Assembly (NCBI GenBank): GCA_030167865.1
Contig: JALAGF010000595.1
Location: 1 to 33,421, forward strand
DNA length: 33,421 nt
Direction of reading: 5' to 3'
DNA from: Craspedostauros australis
Lineage: Eukaryota
Shown: in pieces, positions 1 to 10,204 of the stretch
Position numbering within the stretch: the first letter of the stretch is position 1
How the letters are laid out: each line of letters begins with the position of its first letter
Translations under genes and position numbers: made by a program
The notes under the pieces: model-generated
Told to the model about the DNA's origin: nothing
Database searches by the model: none
The model's input: only the letters and a program-made list of their open reading frames with translations

Positions 1-790
1 TGTTGGAAATCCGGGGTAGTAGTATAGTCTAATGCTTATTAAACTGTACCGTTTTAGAACTGTGAGAACAACATCTTCATTTCTCAATTCCTCAAGTCGT
101 TTGCCCATGATGATGCTGATGGCACCCTGTAGTTGCTCCTGCAATCATCATAGCAAACCCTCTCCATCATTCACATCTCATTGCTCATGACAAGTGCATT
201 TCATCATGCTCGTCCATTGAGGTTTCCTCCTACACTCCTGCAGTGCATGCATACCGATGCTGAGTTTCATTCTCTTCCGATCAGGCATCCATCACTCATC
301 CAGTACACTCTTCCGTGTTGTTCACTCACTCTTCTCACATGTTCACTGGTGGTCACACATGGTCAGAACATGATGTTCTGGCACAATCAGTCCACTCTTT
401 CCATGATGTTCCAGTCCGCGCTTTGTTCTCCTTCGGCGGTTCTCTGTCAGTCACGTAATCATGTTCTGAGTTCTGATTGACACAACAGTGATAGCGTTTT
501 CGCATAGATGTTTTGGTTCAACTGGTCAACCATCGTGCTTGGAACACTTCGGTGTTCCAGTCGCCCTTTCGCATCCACTGTTCGCCATGTTACTTCGCCA
601 ATCATCTCAAAACATGTCACATCATTAGTCTGTCCGTCGTCCGTCATACTCTTGACACACAGAGGGGGAAGGTCCACAATAGACTTGGGAGTGTGTCCGA
701 CTTTGGTAGATCGGTCAGTCTATTTTTGGTATTATGGGAGGTGCGGCAATCTAGGATAACACGACATAGTTGCACCCACGATTCCTGACA
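1..790. mobile_element. LTR copy 1 of a Ty1/Copia-type family (divergent subfamily)
   Basis: Begins TGTTGGAAATCCGGGGT and ends CGATTCCTGACA (TG...CA). Both ends align with 27542-28278 (TGTTGGAAATCTGGGGT...CGATTCCTAACA, same orientation) and with the reverse complement of 1577-2308; the middle is poorly conserved. Its right end interrupts a Copia RT. Transcriptional orientation not established. Confidence 0.8.
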
Positions 791-1576
791 TGAGACTACG
801 CTGTAGCAAGTGCACCAATCCGTCCATGGCGTTGCGGATGAGCTTGATTCCGAGAAACTCTGTGCATGAACCTTCCTTCTTCAGTTCAAATCCTCAAGCT
901 TGCATGGATAGGATGAAAGTGTTTGCTTCAGTCTTGGTCTTACATGCAATCCTGGCATCATCGACACAGAGAATAATCATCATGCCCTTTTGGATGAACA
1001 GACATTGCTCTTGGTCACAAGCACGGAACCCATTGGCGTGGAGCGCTCTGAGAAGATATTCATACCATAGATGCGGTGCGATGTTCAGTCCATATAGGCT
1101 CTTGTTGAGGCAACGGCATGTGTTGGTTCCACTTGTTGACCGGAAGCCTTGGGGTAGATGAAGAAACACAGGCTTGTGAATCTTGGCCTGCACGAATGCA
1201 TTCGAAAAGTCGATGAATACGGTGTTCCACCTGAGGGTGATTGTGATGATGAGGAAAGTGCAGACACTGGACCAAGCGATGACCGGAGTGTAGACGGATT
1301 TGTCGTTCTCCGTGAGATCCCCACAGCATCACCAGTGCCCTTTGTACTTTTTGATAGTACCATCAGGGAGACGCTTGCGTCGAAACACCCATGTGCCAGG
1401 GAAGATGCGGGAGGTTGCCTTGTCTTTGGTGACTTCGGTCCAGGTGCCCTTGTTGATGAGCTTGCGGATCTCGGATTCAGCTGCCTTCATCCACTGTTCC
1501 TTGTCATCATCTGTCATTGCCTCATCGTAGGACAGCGTGTTGGGGTCATTGCTGGAGGCCTTGCAGATCATAGGGC
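791..1576 (-). pseudogene. Ty1/Copia reverse transcriptase fragment, degenerate
   Basis: Minus-strand pieces DPNTLSYDEAM..WMKAAESEIRKL..GTW..TWVFRRKRLPDGTIKKYKG, LNKSLYGL..APHLWY, QCLF, IILCVDD (YVDD decayed) and EFLGI match the Copia RT (RVT_2) pattern. In-frame stops and frameshift; truncated by an LTR at each end; no RNase H. Confidence 0.9.
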
Positions 1577-2308
1577 TGTTAGGAATCGGGGGTACGAATT
1601 TGTCAAGATACCTATGATTGCCGCATCTCCCAAAATTATCAATCACGACTGAATAAATCGACTCTTGTTGATCGCACCCTTGACCCAATGCGAACGTGAC
1701 TGAACTCAGTCTCACCAAGAAAGACAGCCTGTCCTCCTCTAACATGAACACCATGACAATACACAACAGGGAGTCCCGATCCAAGCCGACAAGACATCTC
1801 TTGGTCGGTGAGGCATATCCAAAAGGGGCGCAGGGGCAGCGGGTAGGAATCGTATCCCACTTGGAGAAACAGAAACAAGTGATGCACGTGCTCCTGACGG
1901 ACAAGACCAATCGTATGATTGACAACAAGAAAGATTCAGAAAAGTAATTAAGACCAATCAATCGTAAAACAGGTGGAGTCAACGACAACAAGGGATTGAG
2001 ACGAAACCTGTGGCGAGATGGATGCATGACTGCAAAATCGTACCATGAATGTAGATGAGAACGAATGTGAGGATACGCATGATGAAGATGCCTGATGAAA
2101 GGCATCATGAGATGCATACGAATATGTATGATGAAGAGACATGATGACAACGCATGAACACAGCAGTATGGCATGACATGATCACGGAAGATGCCCGGTA
2201 TGAAATTGAAATGGAAAGAGATGATGAGTTTGAGCTCACAGTTCTAAGACGGTACAATCTAATAAGAGATTAGAGTACTACTACTATCATAACCCCAGAT
2301 TTCCAATA
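1577..2308. mobile_element. LTR copy 2 (732 bp), inverted relative to copies 1 and 3
   Basis: TGTTAGGAATCG...AACCCCAGATTTCCAATA (terminal AACA mutated to AATA). Its reverse complement aligns well with 27542-28278 over the first ~330 bp and last ~80 bp. Flanks AGGGC / CGCTC do not form a target-site duplication. Confidence 0.85.
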
Positions 2309-2349
2309 CGCTCGTTCTCCGCGCACTAGCCATTCTCCGAATTATCCCT

Positions 2350-3562
2350 GTGGTACTATGTACTTGGAACACTGTCTCCGAGAGGCATGCTTTGGAGGAA
2401 GCCCATCGTAGATTTGTGGAGGCTGTCACCAAGCTTTTGCAGATTCATGTGCAGGGTCTGCATTATGCTGGTGTTGCCATGCTTCTGCAGCACTACAGCA
2501 ACATCGTTGCATTGGGCCACCACGTGCTGGAGATGCAGCAGCTATATCTCGGTCCGATAGGTCCTCCTCTTCTGTACACCAATCGAGACATCGCCATCGC
2601 AGAGTGGGAGGTCACCAAAACCGTGCCTCATTTCCGCTTCCGAGCATGCTACCTCCAATGCTTGGCCGACCGTCTCTGGCCAAAGTTCCAGGCAGTGTCT
2701 GGCAAGAATGACCCTACTTGCATAAGCGAAGAAGGGATGCACTGTATCGTACGAAATGGGATTGCTTGTGTTGCTGTACCGTCATGCACATCGTGGACGA
2801 TTGTGCGACATGGAAGATTCATTCAGCATGGACAGCGTCCGCATATCCAGTTTCCTCTATATTTTCTATGCTTACTTCTACGCAATTGCCAGCCCATACC
2901 TGAGAAACATTGGTTTGTTCCATCCTCGTTTCCCTCAATATGCACAGCACAACCATCGTCTCACCCATAGTTTGGTAGATGATGTGTGTGCTTGCATCGA
3001 CGGTACCTTCTGGGCAACGTGTTGTCTTGTGGAGAAGCAAAGTGACCTATACTCCGGTTGCAAACTTGCACATGGCTTGCAGTATCAGGGTGTTGTCGTG
3101 CCAGCTGGCTTGCTCATCCACTACTTTGGGCCGATTGCGGGTAGACGCGGTGACAGATGCATGTTCTCCAATAGCCGTATCGAGGAGGAACTGAAAGTGT
3201 TGATGCTCATGGATGACAATAATCCGCCTTTCCGTCTCGACAGCGACCCCGCGCATCCCAATACGCCTTACATATTCCGTGCATTTCAACGCACCGTCCA
3301 AGGATTGCCAGAGGGGCAGTGCATCGCAAACATGGCATTGGAAGGCATCTGTGTTGAGTGGGAGTTCAAGGAGACTACCAAGAATTTCCCTTTGGCAACT
3401 GTCCACAGCGTGAACAAGACTCTTCAGAATCATCTCATCAACATCCACTACATTGTTGCCTTTCTCACCACCCTTCATTGTGCTATGAACGGCATTGAGC
3501 AGTCTGTGAGCCACTGTTCTCACAAGCTCACATTCGAAGAGGACATCAATTTCATCCCATGG
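2350..3562 (+). pseudogene. PIF/Harbinger transposase (DDE_Tnp_4-like), frameshifted
   Basis: FRFR..L in the 2350 frame, then after a frameshift near 2750 GLLVLLYR, CIDGT, YSGCK.AHGLQYQ, GLLIHYFGPIAGRRGD, DPAH (GDxAY decayed), VEWEF and FLTTLHCAMNG..LTFEE. D-D-E residues are recognisable. The ORF-track extension to 4081 is read-through into the antisense of the next ORF. Ends approximate. Confidence 0.85.
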
Positions 3563-3595
3563 GGACGTGGAGAGGTGGACGGAGGAGGTGGGGTT

Positions 3596-4799
3596 TCATG
3601 TAATGTGTATTTGAGAAAAATTATTCGTGTTCTTGTCCCGTGCGGACATATTGTGCATCGTCTGTTCCTGATTCAAGATGAGCTGCATGAATTGGTTGTT
3701 GATGTTGTTGCCGCTGTTGCTGCTGTTGCCGTTGTTGCCAGTATTGCTGTTGCTGTTGCTGTTACTGTGGTCGTTGCTGTGGTTGTGGATGCGTGCCCTT
3801 GCCTTCACAGCTGGTATTGCAAGGGGAGGACCAGACCAGACTGCCATGATTGGATGTGGCCCAGCTTGGGCAGGAGCCAGAGGCATTGCTGCATGCAGCC
3901 AATCTGCGAGCTTGTGTTGAGTTTTGTCCAGCATGTCAAGGAGGCTCGCAGTTTGCTGCATCTTCTGTTCCACACTCATGCAAGGCTGCTTTGCGGGCTT
4001 CATTTTGGTAGAGAACACACAGAAAGATGCCACGCTTTCATCTCTTCCTGCTGTCATCCTTTTTGTGCACAGTGTTGGTGACCAGTTCCTTTGATTGACC
4101 AGGGTGCAGGGCGAGCATGTGGGACCTTTGCCTGTTGGTGATGCTCTTGTGTCCTTGGATTCTTTGCTCCAAGGCAATTCAATCCTTGGTGTAGTCCTTG
4201 CGCTCATGCTGGAGGCAGGTGTGCTCATCCAGCCACTGCTTCACATTCTCTGTCATGCTGGTGCAGTGAGGGGTGCCCTTCAAGAAATTTTTGGTGGACT
4301 CCATGAGATTTTCGAATAGGTTGGCCAATGTGGTCTCCCACAGCACCTTCGGAAACACAGACAAGTTCTACCCATGTACAGCATTGCAGATGATCCCCTA
4401 TGCTGTGCCAATGAGTGGTATCCATTGCTTGTTTGGAAGCCTGATCACCACATTGACAAAGATTCTGTCATATGGTTGCTGGGTGTACAACCAAGGGAAG
4501 TGGTCCACCTTTCCCTTCAGCTCATAGTACATCGGAGGGGAACACGGTGTGGCCTTGCCAACAGTGGTGGTGGCAGCATGTCATGAAGTGCGCTGATTCC
4601 TGTTGCTGCCCACTGTCGCTACGTTGAAGGCCATGGTAGGAGGAGCTGGCAGCTTCTTGCAACGGTATGCCTTCTTGCTGTTCTTCTGCTCCGGAGGTTG
4701 CGGTGTTGTAGAGGGCAAGTCGTCGGTGACAGCCATGGTGCGGGAGTCGTCGTTGCGCTCCGCGGAGGCGACGCCTGCATCACACGGATGCCGTGCCAA
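3596..4799 (-). pseudogene. Probable Harbinger ORF2 (Myb/SANT-like DNA-binding protein), degenerate
   Basis: One frame from ~4799 reads ...FPWLYTQQPYDRIFVNVVIRL..TA*GIICNAV..FPKVLWETTLANLFENLM with several stops, a three-helix W..W pattern, followed after a frameshift by a coiled-coil and Asn-rich tail. It ends tail-to-tail with the transposase. Confidence 0.5.
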
Positions 4800-5111
4800 G
4801 GTGAATGCGTTGGTAAACCTGTGATGCTCGGTGGCGGCTTCACGTCATCGGAAGATAGAAGACTAGACTAATAAGAACTGAATCAGTACCATGGCGGAAC
4901 TATCCGATTATTTTTGTTCATGAAACGATGCGAAATTGATTCCTTCGAACAACTATTTCCCGTTTCCAGAATCAGGCAAACCTGCGTTACATCTCTATCT
5001 TCGTTGGCGCTTAGAATTGGGAAGTGACTATTTGCGAGAATTCTCTACCTATTGTGGTGGCATTCTACGAACTAGGCGATCCGTAGCACGTGCGTGAACG
5101 AAAATGTGTGT

Positions 5112-6269
5112 TTACTTGCCCTTCTTCTCCTCCAGGAGGCTCTCTGGATGGAAGCGGAAGATGTGTTCCGATGCTGGGGCATCTTCGTCTGTGAGGTTGC
5201 GGAGGATCTCCATAAGCTTTTCGAGACTCATGGAGTCGCCACCGATGTGCCTGTCGAAGTTGTCCTGGTCGAATTCGATGGCTGGCAGGTTGGAGAGTCG
5301 GACCTTGAGCATCTTCAGTTCTCGCTTGTCCAGGTTGAAGTCCTCGTCCGTGTCGACGGCCAGGACAGTGGTGAGGATCGTCTGCATCACCTCGGCCTCA
5401 AGGTGCTTGTTGATCTCGTCCTGCAGCTTGCCGTTCTCGTCGATGATGTTCACCAGCGTTTCAACGTGGGTGCCCGCCTCCGCGGCGATGTCATTGAGCT
5501 CTTGCTCGACTCCCTTGAGGTCGGATACCTGGCCCTCCAGGACGTCGACGCTGCCGGAGAGCTTGTCGTTCTCGGCGTGGAACTCGTTGGCGCTGTTGCG
5601 GAGCATGTTGATCTGCCCGCGCATGCCTCCCAGCGCATCGAGCTGGCACTTCTGATACATGATGTATGGTGAGAAGGCGAGGAGAAACACCGATCCAGCG
5701 GTGGTTACGGGGTTGATCGGAAGCACAAGGCAGAAGACTGCATTTGTGTTTTTGTTTTCGTTTGTGTGGGTGTGGGTGTTTGAGTTGTTGAGTGCGTGTT
5801 GAATGGTGGAGAGGCGAGATAGTGCAAGCAGCAGCAGCAGAAGAAGAAGGTTGGGAGTGGAAGGCTCATGAGATTCCAGATTCGCATGGCTGACATTCCA
5901 CAGAGCATTGGGCAACACGAAACAGAACAGACCATGACAACAACGAAGCAACCATCATGTGCAATGCCTGCATTGCATGCACGGCAGTTGTGCAGAGTTG
6001 AGCAGATCCAATCATGGCAGGAAAGAGCAATGTGGTCCAGGCCAGTATATTGGTAGTGTTGTGCTCTGGTACTTACTGGCGAGACCCATGGCGGCGGCGC
6101 AGATGATGTTGAGGATGCCCATTCTCATTCCGCTGACGGCGCCGTCGGATTCTTGACCCTTGACGACTGGTTCGCCGTTCTCATCTCTCTCGTATGGATT
6201 CTCTCCGATGGAATTGATGAAGCCCTTGGCCTTCATCATCATCTGCATCATCTGGAATTGGGACGCCAT
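5112..6269 (-). CDS. Membrane-anchored coiled-coil protein with one EF-hand-like loop (paralog A, ~272 aa, 2 exons)
   Basis: Proposed exons 6269-6077 and 5737-5112; intron GTAAGT...TGCAG, phase 1, joins GLA-I-FCLVLPINP in frame. Two hydrophobic segments, a heptad-rich region and the loop DTDEDFNLDKRE. Confidence 0.8.
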
Positions 6270-7237
6270 GGTGAAAGTACCTCTCTTTGGTTTGGGTGTC
6301 TCGGTTACTGCAGCCGGTGCTCTCGATGCGACTCCGCCTGGGAATGCTAATCCGAATGGCAGATCTAAAGTTGCAGTCGTCTGCCGATGCTGTTGCTGCT
6401 GATCGTTGCGCTCGTCGTTGCGGTTTTGGTTTTGGTTGTGATGGTGGTTCCAAAATCTTCTGCGTTGCATGAGTTGGTGCTTGCGCAAGTCGAGTAGTTC
6501 GTATGTGCTGTACAACAGTGCGGTGTTGTGTTGTGTGGAGGATCGAGGATCTGATTTGCGTACAGGCGTGCGTCTTGGTCTGTGTGTCTGCTTCCGTTGC
6601 TCTTCTGTGTCTCTGTGTCTGTGCTGGTGGTGGGATCCAACCAACCAAACCGAGCCGCTTCCGTGCTGTTGCTGTGGTTGCTGCGAGCACTTTCGCTGCA
6701 GCGAGCTACTTCCTCGCACTTCTGTTGGAGTGGTTCGCCTCTTTTGTGTGTGTGCGTTCCTGTGTTGGTGAGAGTGCGCGGTTTGTGCATGGCGACGAAC
6801 CTTGCCAACAACCATATCTTTCTCCAGATCCATTATCCCCAGCGTTGGCATTCGAAGCACCCATCAAATTCAACATTCTCCCACGAATATCTTGTCGACA
6901 ACCAATCCCGTAATGCTAGAGAGAGGGCGCGAGAGAAATCTTTCGCAGATGCGTGCGCATCGGTTTGTTGGTATCCATCGTAAACTGTGCGGAGAAAAAC
7001 CAACAACGGTTGCGCAGTAACCTGCGTGGAACGGTAAGGAGAGGCGGAAGCAACCAACGAAAAGCGCGAGGAGAAACGTTACAGCACTGTCCAGCTTCCT
7101 TTGGTTCTCGCCTTGGGTCACCAGAGAGTTACCCAGAGTTCCGAACAACAAGCACCGACCTGCGACACCACCACCGCCATTGCCAAGCAACACCATTGCC
7201 AAAAACCAAACACCCATACCACTACGATACCAACACC

Positions 7238-8435
7238 ATGTCGAGCGCTGATGTCGAAACCGGAGAGGCCGCGCCATTGACTGGCGGCGAGGCCGTGCCA
7301 GCCGATGAGGAAGGAATGTTGAAGCCAATGCCGGAGGGAGGATCCATCACGGAGAAGGCCGTCGCGGGAACAGCGGCCATCTCCGTCATCGTCAACGTGG
7401 TCAGCCTCATCTTGAATGCCATCGTGCTCAACCCGATCTTCCTCGTCAGCAGTCTCTTGGGTGTGGCTGCTGGTCCATTCGCAGCCTTCCAGGAGCAGAA
7501 GATCACCCAAGCGAAGGCCTTGGCAGAGACGAACGAGAAGTGTACGTCCAAGTGTGCTGGAGTATTGTATCGTATTGCATTGCATTGTACTCGTAAGTTG
7601 AATGAATGACAATCCTCACTCTGACAGTATCTGCGTTCCTCACGTCTGCGTTTCTCGTCCCACGCTGCGCTGCATTGGCCAATGAATTACCACCACTCCC
7701 GAACAACAACAACTACGACCACCACCATCATCATCATCATCACAGTCTCTGAGGAGGTGGACCACTTGAAGAACGAGAATGTGCGACTGACGACCCAGTT
7801 GGAGAGTCTGGGATCCTCAGTGAAGAGCCTCAAGAAGTCCAAAGACTCGCTCCAGAAGCTCCAAACCGCCAAGGGTGCGGCCCTGGACGAGTTGCAGAAT
7901 CAGCTCGAGGAGTCCAAGAAGATCTACGCCGGTATGCAGAAAAACTTGCAGGGTGACATCCTTCAGAACCTCATCAGCATGGCCCTGGCATGCGACGATG
8001 ATGGAGACATGATGCTCGATGACGACGAGATCGACCAGCTAATCATCAACCTCGAGGGAGTCCAGGGCGTTCAGCTCAAGGAAGACTCCATCCGAAAGAT
8101 GATTGTCGACAACGGAAGATCCCTGGACGGTAAGTTCTACTCGTGCGAGTTGTCCGCTTCGAATGGCCATGCTGCCTTGTTGGTTCGAGCAACTGTCATT
8201 TGCTCTGCAGAAGACCTTGTACTTTGTGCCCAGCCGATGACTAGGATCAGTACTGACGCGCAACTCACTGCCATTCAATCGCATCATCCTTTGCCATGGT
8301 CCAACACGTCCGCACAAAATGCACACACACACTGCAGCCATTATGGGGATTGCCAAGAAGATGATGGAATCGGGTGACGACGACTCCGGAGGCGGTCTCT
8401 TCACATTCTTCGAGCCAGAGGACGAGGAAGAGTAA
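7238..8435 (+). CDS. Membrane-anchored coiled-coil protein with one EF-hand-like loop (paralog B, ~261 aa, 3 exons)
   Basis: Proposed exons 7238-7541, 7746-8129 and 8338-8435; introns GTACGT...CACAG and GTAAGT...TGCAG both keep frame. Two hydrophobic segments, coiled coil, loop DDDGDMMLDDDE; ends LFTFFEPEDEEE*. Colinear with paralog A. Confidence 0.85.
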
Positions 8436-8795
8436 GCAAGCGCCAAAGCGCGCAACCATTCCGTAACGCATCCGTTTGTCACTGCACGTAGAATACTCGT
8501 GCTCTAGTACCAATCCTCTCTAGAGTCATGTGCTTTTCCACTCTACCAATATCTACCAATACATGATCCTCGTAATCTCTTTAGTCGACGAGCCGAAAGT
8601 ATACTTGCTCCACGTCACAAGCAGCTAGCCTGCCATTTCGCTCCGACTGTGCTGGTTGGAACGTGAGAGGGCCGACCTTGACCTGTCTGGTACATTCGAG
8701 TACGAGTATGCATTGCAGTGTGACTGCAGGAAGGCGAGGAATTTGCTTGGGAGTACTATACCTCATGCGAATATGTACCATGCTTCCTTGGAGTG

Positions 8796-9728
8796 TCACA
8801 GATCAAAGTGCTTCCAACCATCTGCGAATGCAAAGTCACCGTACGTTGTCAGCAGCTGCTCCCCAGCATCGATATCGTCGATCGCATACAGATTCGATGG
8901 TTCCACCGTCTGGTCTTCGTAAACGTTGAGTTGGCGCGTGCGGGACGCCTGATTGGTGAAGGAAGACTCGTCCAGATCACAGCACACTGTCACCTTCGTG
9001 TTGTTTTCCAAACGCAGAACGTAGGACCACATCATGACATCGCACGCCAGCTGGACCGGGATGCTGAGAAGGAAGTTGCGGAACTGCCATCCCTCCTCGA
9101 AGCATCCCGTGTGTCGCTCATCCCAAATCTTCGTGCCAAACGCGATGGGCGCTTCCGCAAAGACGCCTCGTCCCATGAGCGGATGGTAGCCGACGTAGAT
9201 GGGAACAACGTATCCGTTGCCATACAGCGTCGATCGTAGGGTGGATGCGCGAGGCCCCACGATGGCCTGGTAGGCACCTCGCAAAAGCATGAATTCCTGC
9301 TCGCCGTGGATTGGATCAGGCATGCCGTCCTCAATCTCACAGCCCATGGCTTTGCCGATCTCAGGCAGAATGCCATGATTCGTGTTCAAGTGTGGGAACC
9401 GAGGTAACCGAAAGATGGTATCGACATTCACCTCTTTCCCATTGTTGAATGTCTCGATCTCTGCATCGTCGTGGTGTCCCGGGCTCCCGGCGCGTTCTGT
9501 CCTTGTCTGGTCATCATGCTGCTGCATCGATCCATCATCGCTGGTATCGCTCGATGGATCGGCGCTTCGTTGAGTTCCACCATAGCTCGGCTCATCACTC
9601 GTGACATCTTCGCACCATGCAGTTGGAGCGAGACATAACTGCATCAGGAGGACAATGTGTACAAGTAAGGACCGAAGACAGCGTGGCGTCATCATCCTGC
9701 CCATCATCATCATCATCATCATCATCAT
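8796..9728 (-). CDS. SET-domain protein with N-terminal signal-peptide-like segment (copy 1, ~310 aa)
   Basis: SET motifs GRGVFA..I..GT.IW, SSFTNQ and LYAIDDIDAGEQLLTTY; hydrophobic N-terminus LLVHIVLLMQLCLAPTAWC followed by an acidic linker. First ATG at 9728 (the ORF-track start at 9734 is GTG); the true start may be any Met of the ATG run. Confidence 0.85.
   Translation of the reverse strand: MMMMMMMMMGRMMTPRCLRSLLVHIVLLMQLCLAPTAWCEDVTSDEPSYGGTQRSADPSSDTSDDGSMQQHDDQTRTERAGSPGHHDDAEIETFNNGKEVNVDTIFRLPRFPHLNTNHGILPEIGKAMGCEIEDGMPDPIHGEQEFMLLRGAYQAIVGPRASTLRSTLYGNGYVVPIYVGYHPLMGRGVFAEAPIAFGTKIWDERHTGCFEEGWQFRNFLLSIPVQLACDVMMWSYVLRLENNTKVTVCCDLDESSFTNQASRTRQLNVYEDQTVEPSNLYAIDDIDAGEQLLTTYGDFAFADGWKHFDL
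9702..9728. repeat. (CAT)9 microsatellite = nine consecutive in-frame ATG codons at the start of SET copy 1
   Basis: Read directly from the sequence. Confidence 0.95.
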
Positions 9729-10204
9729 GGCCACCGTAGTGGTCGTCGTCGTGATTGTCTTCTGTGCCGGCTTGCACTTGTTCTCTCGCTCTCACTCCCC
9801 GTCATGCCGTCATGCCATCAGCAGTCACGATCTTTCCACGAAGACGCGAAGACACAAGGAATCGAGTGTGGGTGGTTGTTCCTTCCTCCACAAGGACATG
9901 AACGAGTACGAGCTACGAACAACAAAACTAGAATCGCGCACAGCGCCCTCCCCTCTGGAGTACTCGGCTCGACTCGACTCTAACTACTCGTGCAACATAT
10001 TCGTAGAGTGGTTGTATGTGCATACTCCATAGTACAGCACAGTGCAGCATTTCACACCTAATACTGCGGAAATGCTTATGCCATACCTTAGCTACTCGTA
10101 CGCCCCGTCGCATGTTCCTCTCTTCTCTCTCATTCGTTCCGGAGATGAATACAAGCCAACTTGTTGCTCTTTCGGGTGCTCTTCGTACTGTACTCGTAAC
10201 TCCG

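Larger units (their letters stand above)
2309..4850. mobile_element. Decayed PIF/Harbinger-type DNA transposon (left end cut by LTR copy 2; right end approximate)
   Basis: A DDE transposase remnant on + and a convergent second ORF remnant on -, the two-gene layout known for PIF/Harbinger elements. TIR/TSD not identified. Confidence 0.65.

Noticed and set aside
1329..2174. 281-aa ORF as a real protein
   Set aside because: Chimeric: LTR copy 2 sequence happens to be in frame with the start of the RT fragment.
1..2308. A single TIR/foldback element, since position 1 and position 2308 are inverted repeats
   Set aside because: Each arm is a complete TG...CA-type LTR of a different subfamily, and the middle is an unrelated truncated RT; two independent LTRs explain it better.
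6012..6860. 282-aa ORF and overlapping ORFs in the divergent promoter region
   Set aside because: Low-complexity, microsatellite-rich upstream DNA; only 6269-6077 is supported as an exon by splice signals and paralog alignment.
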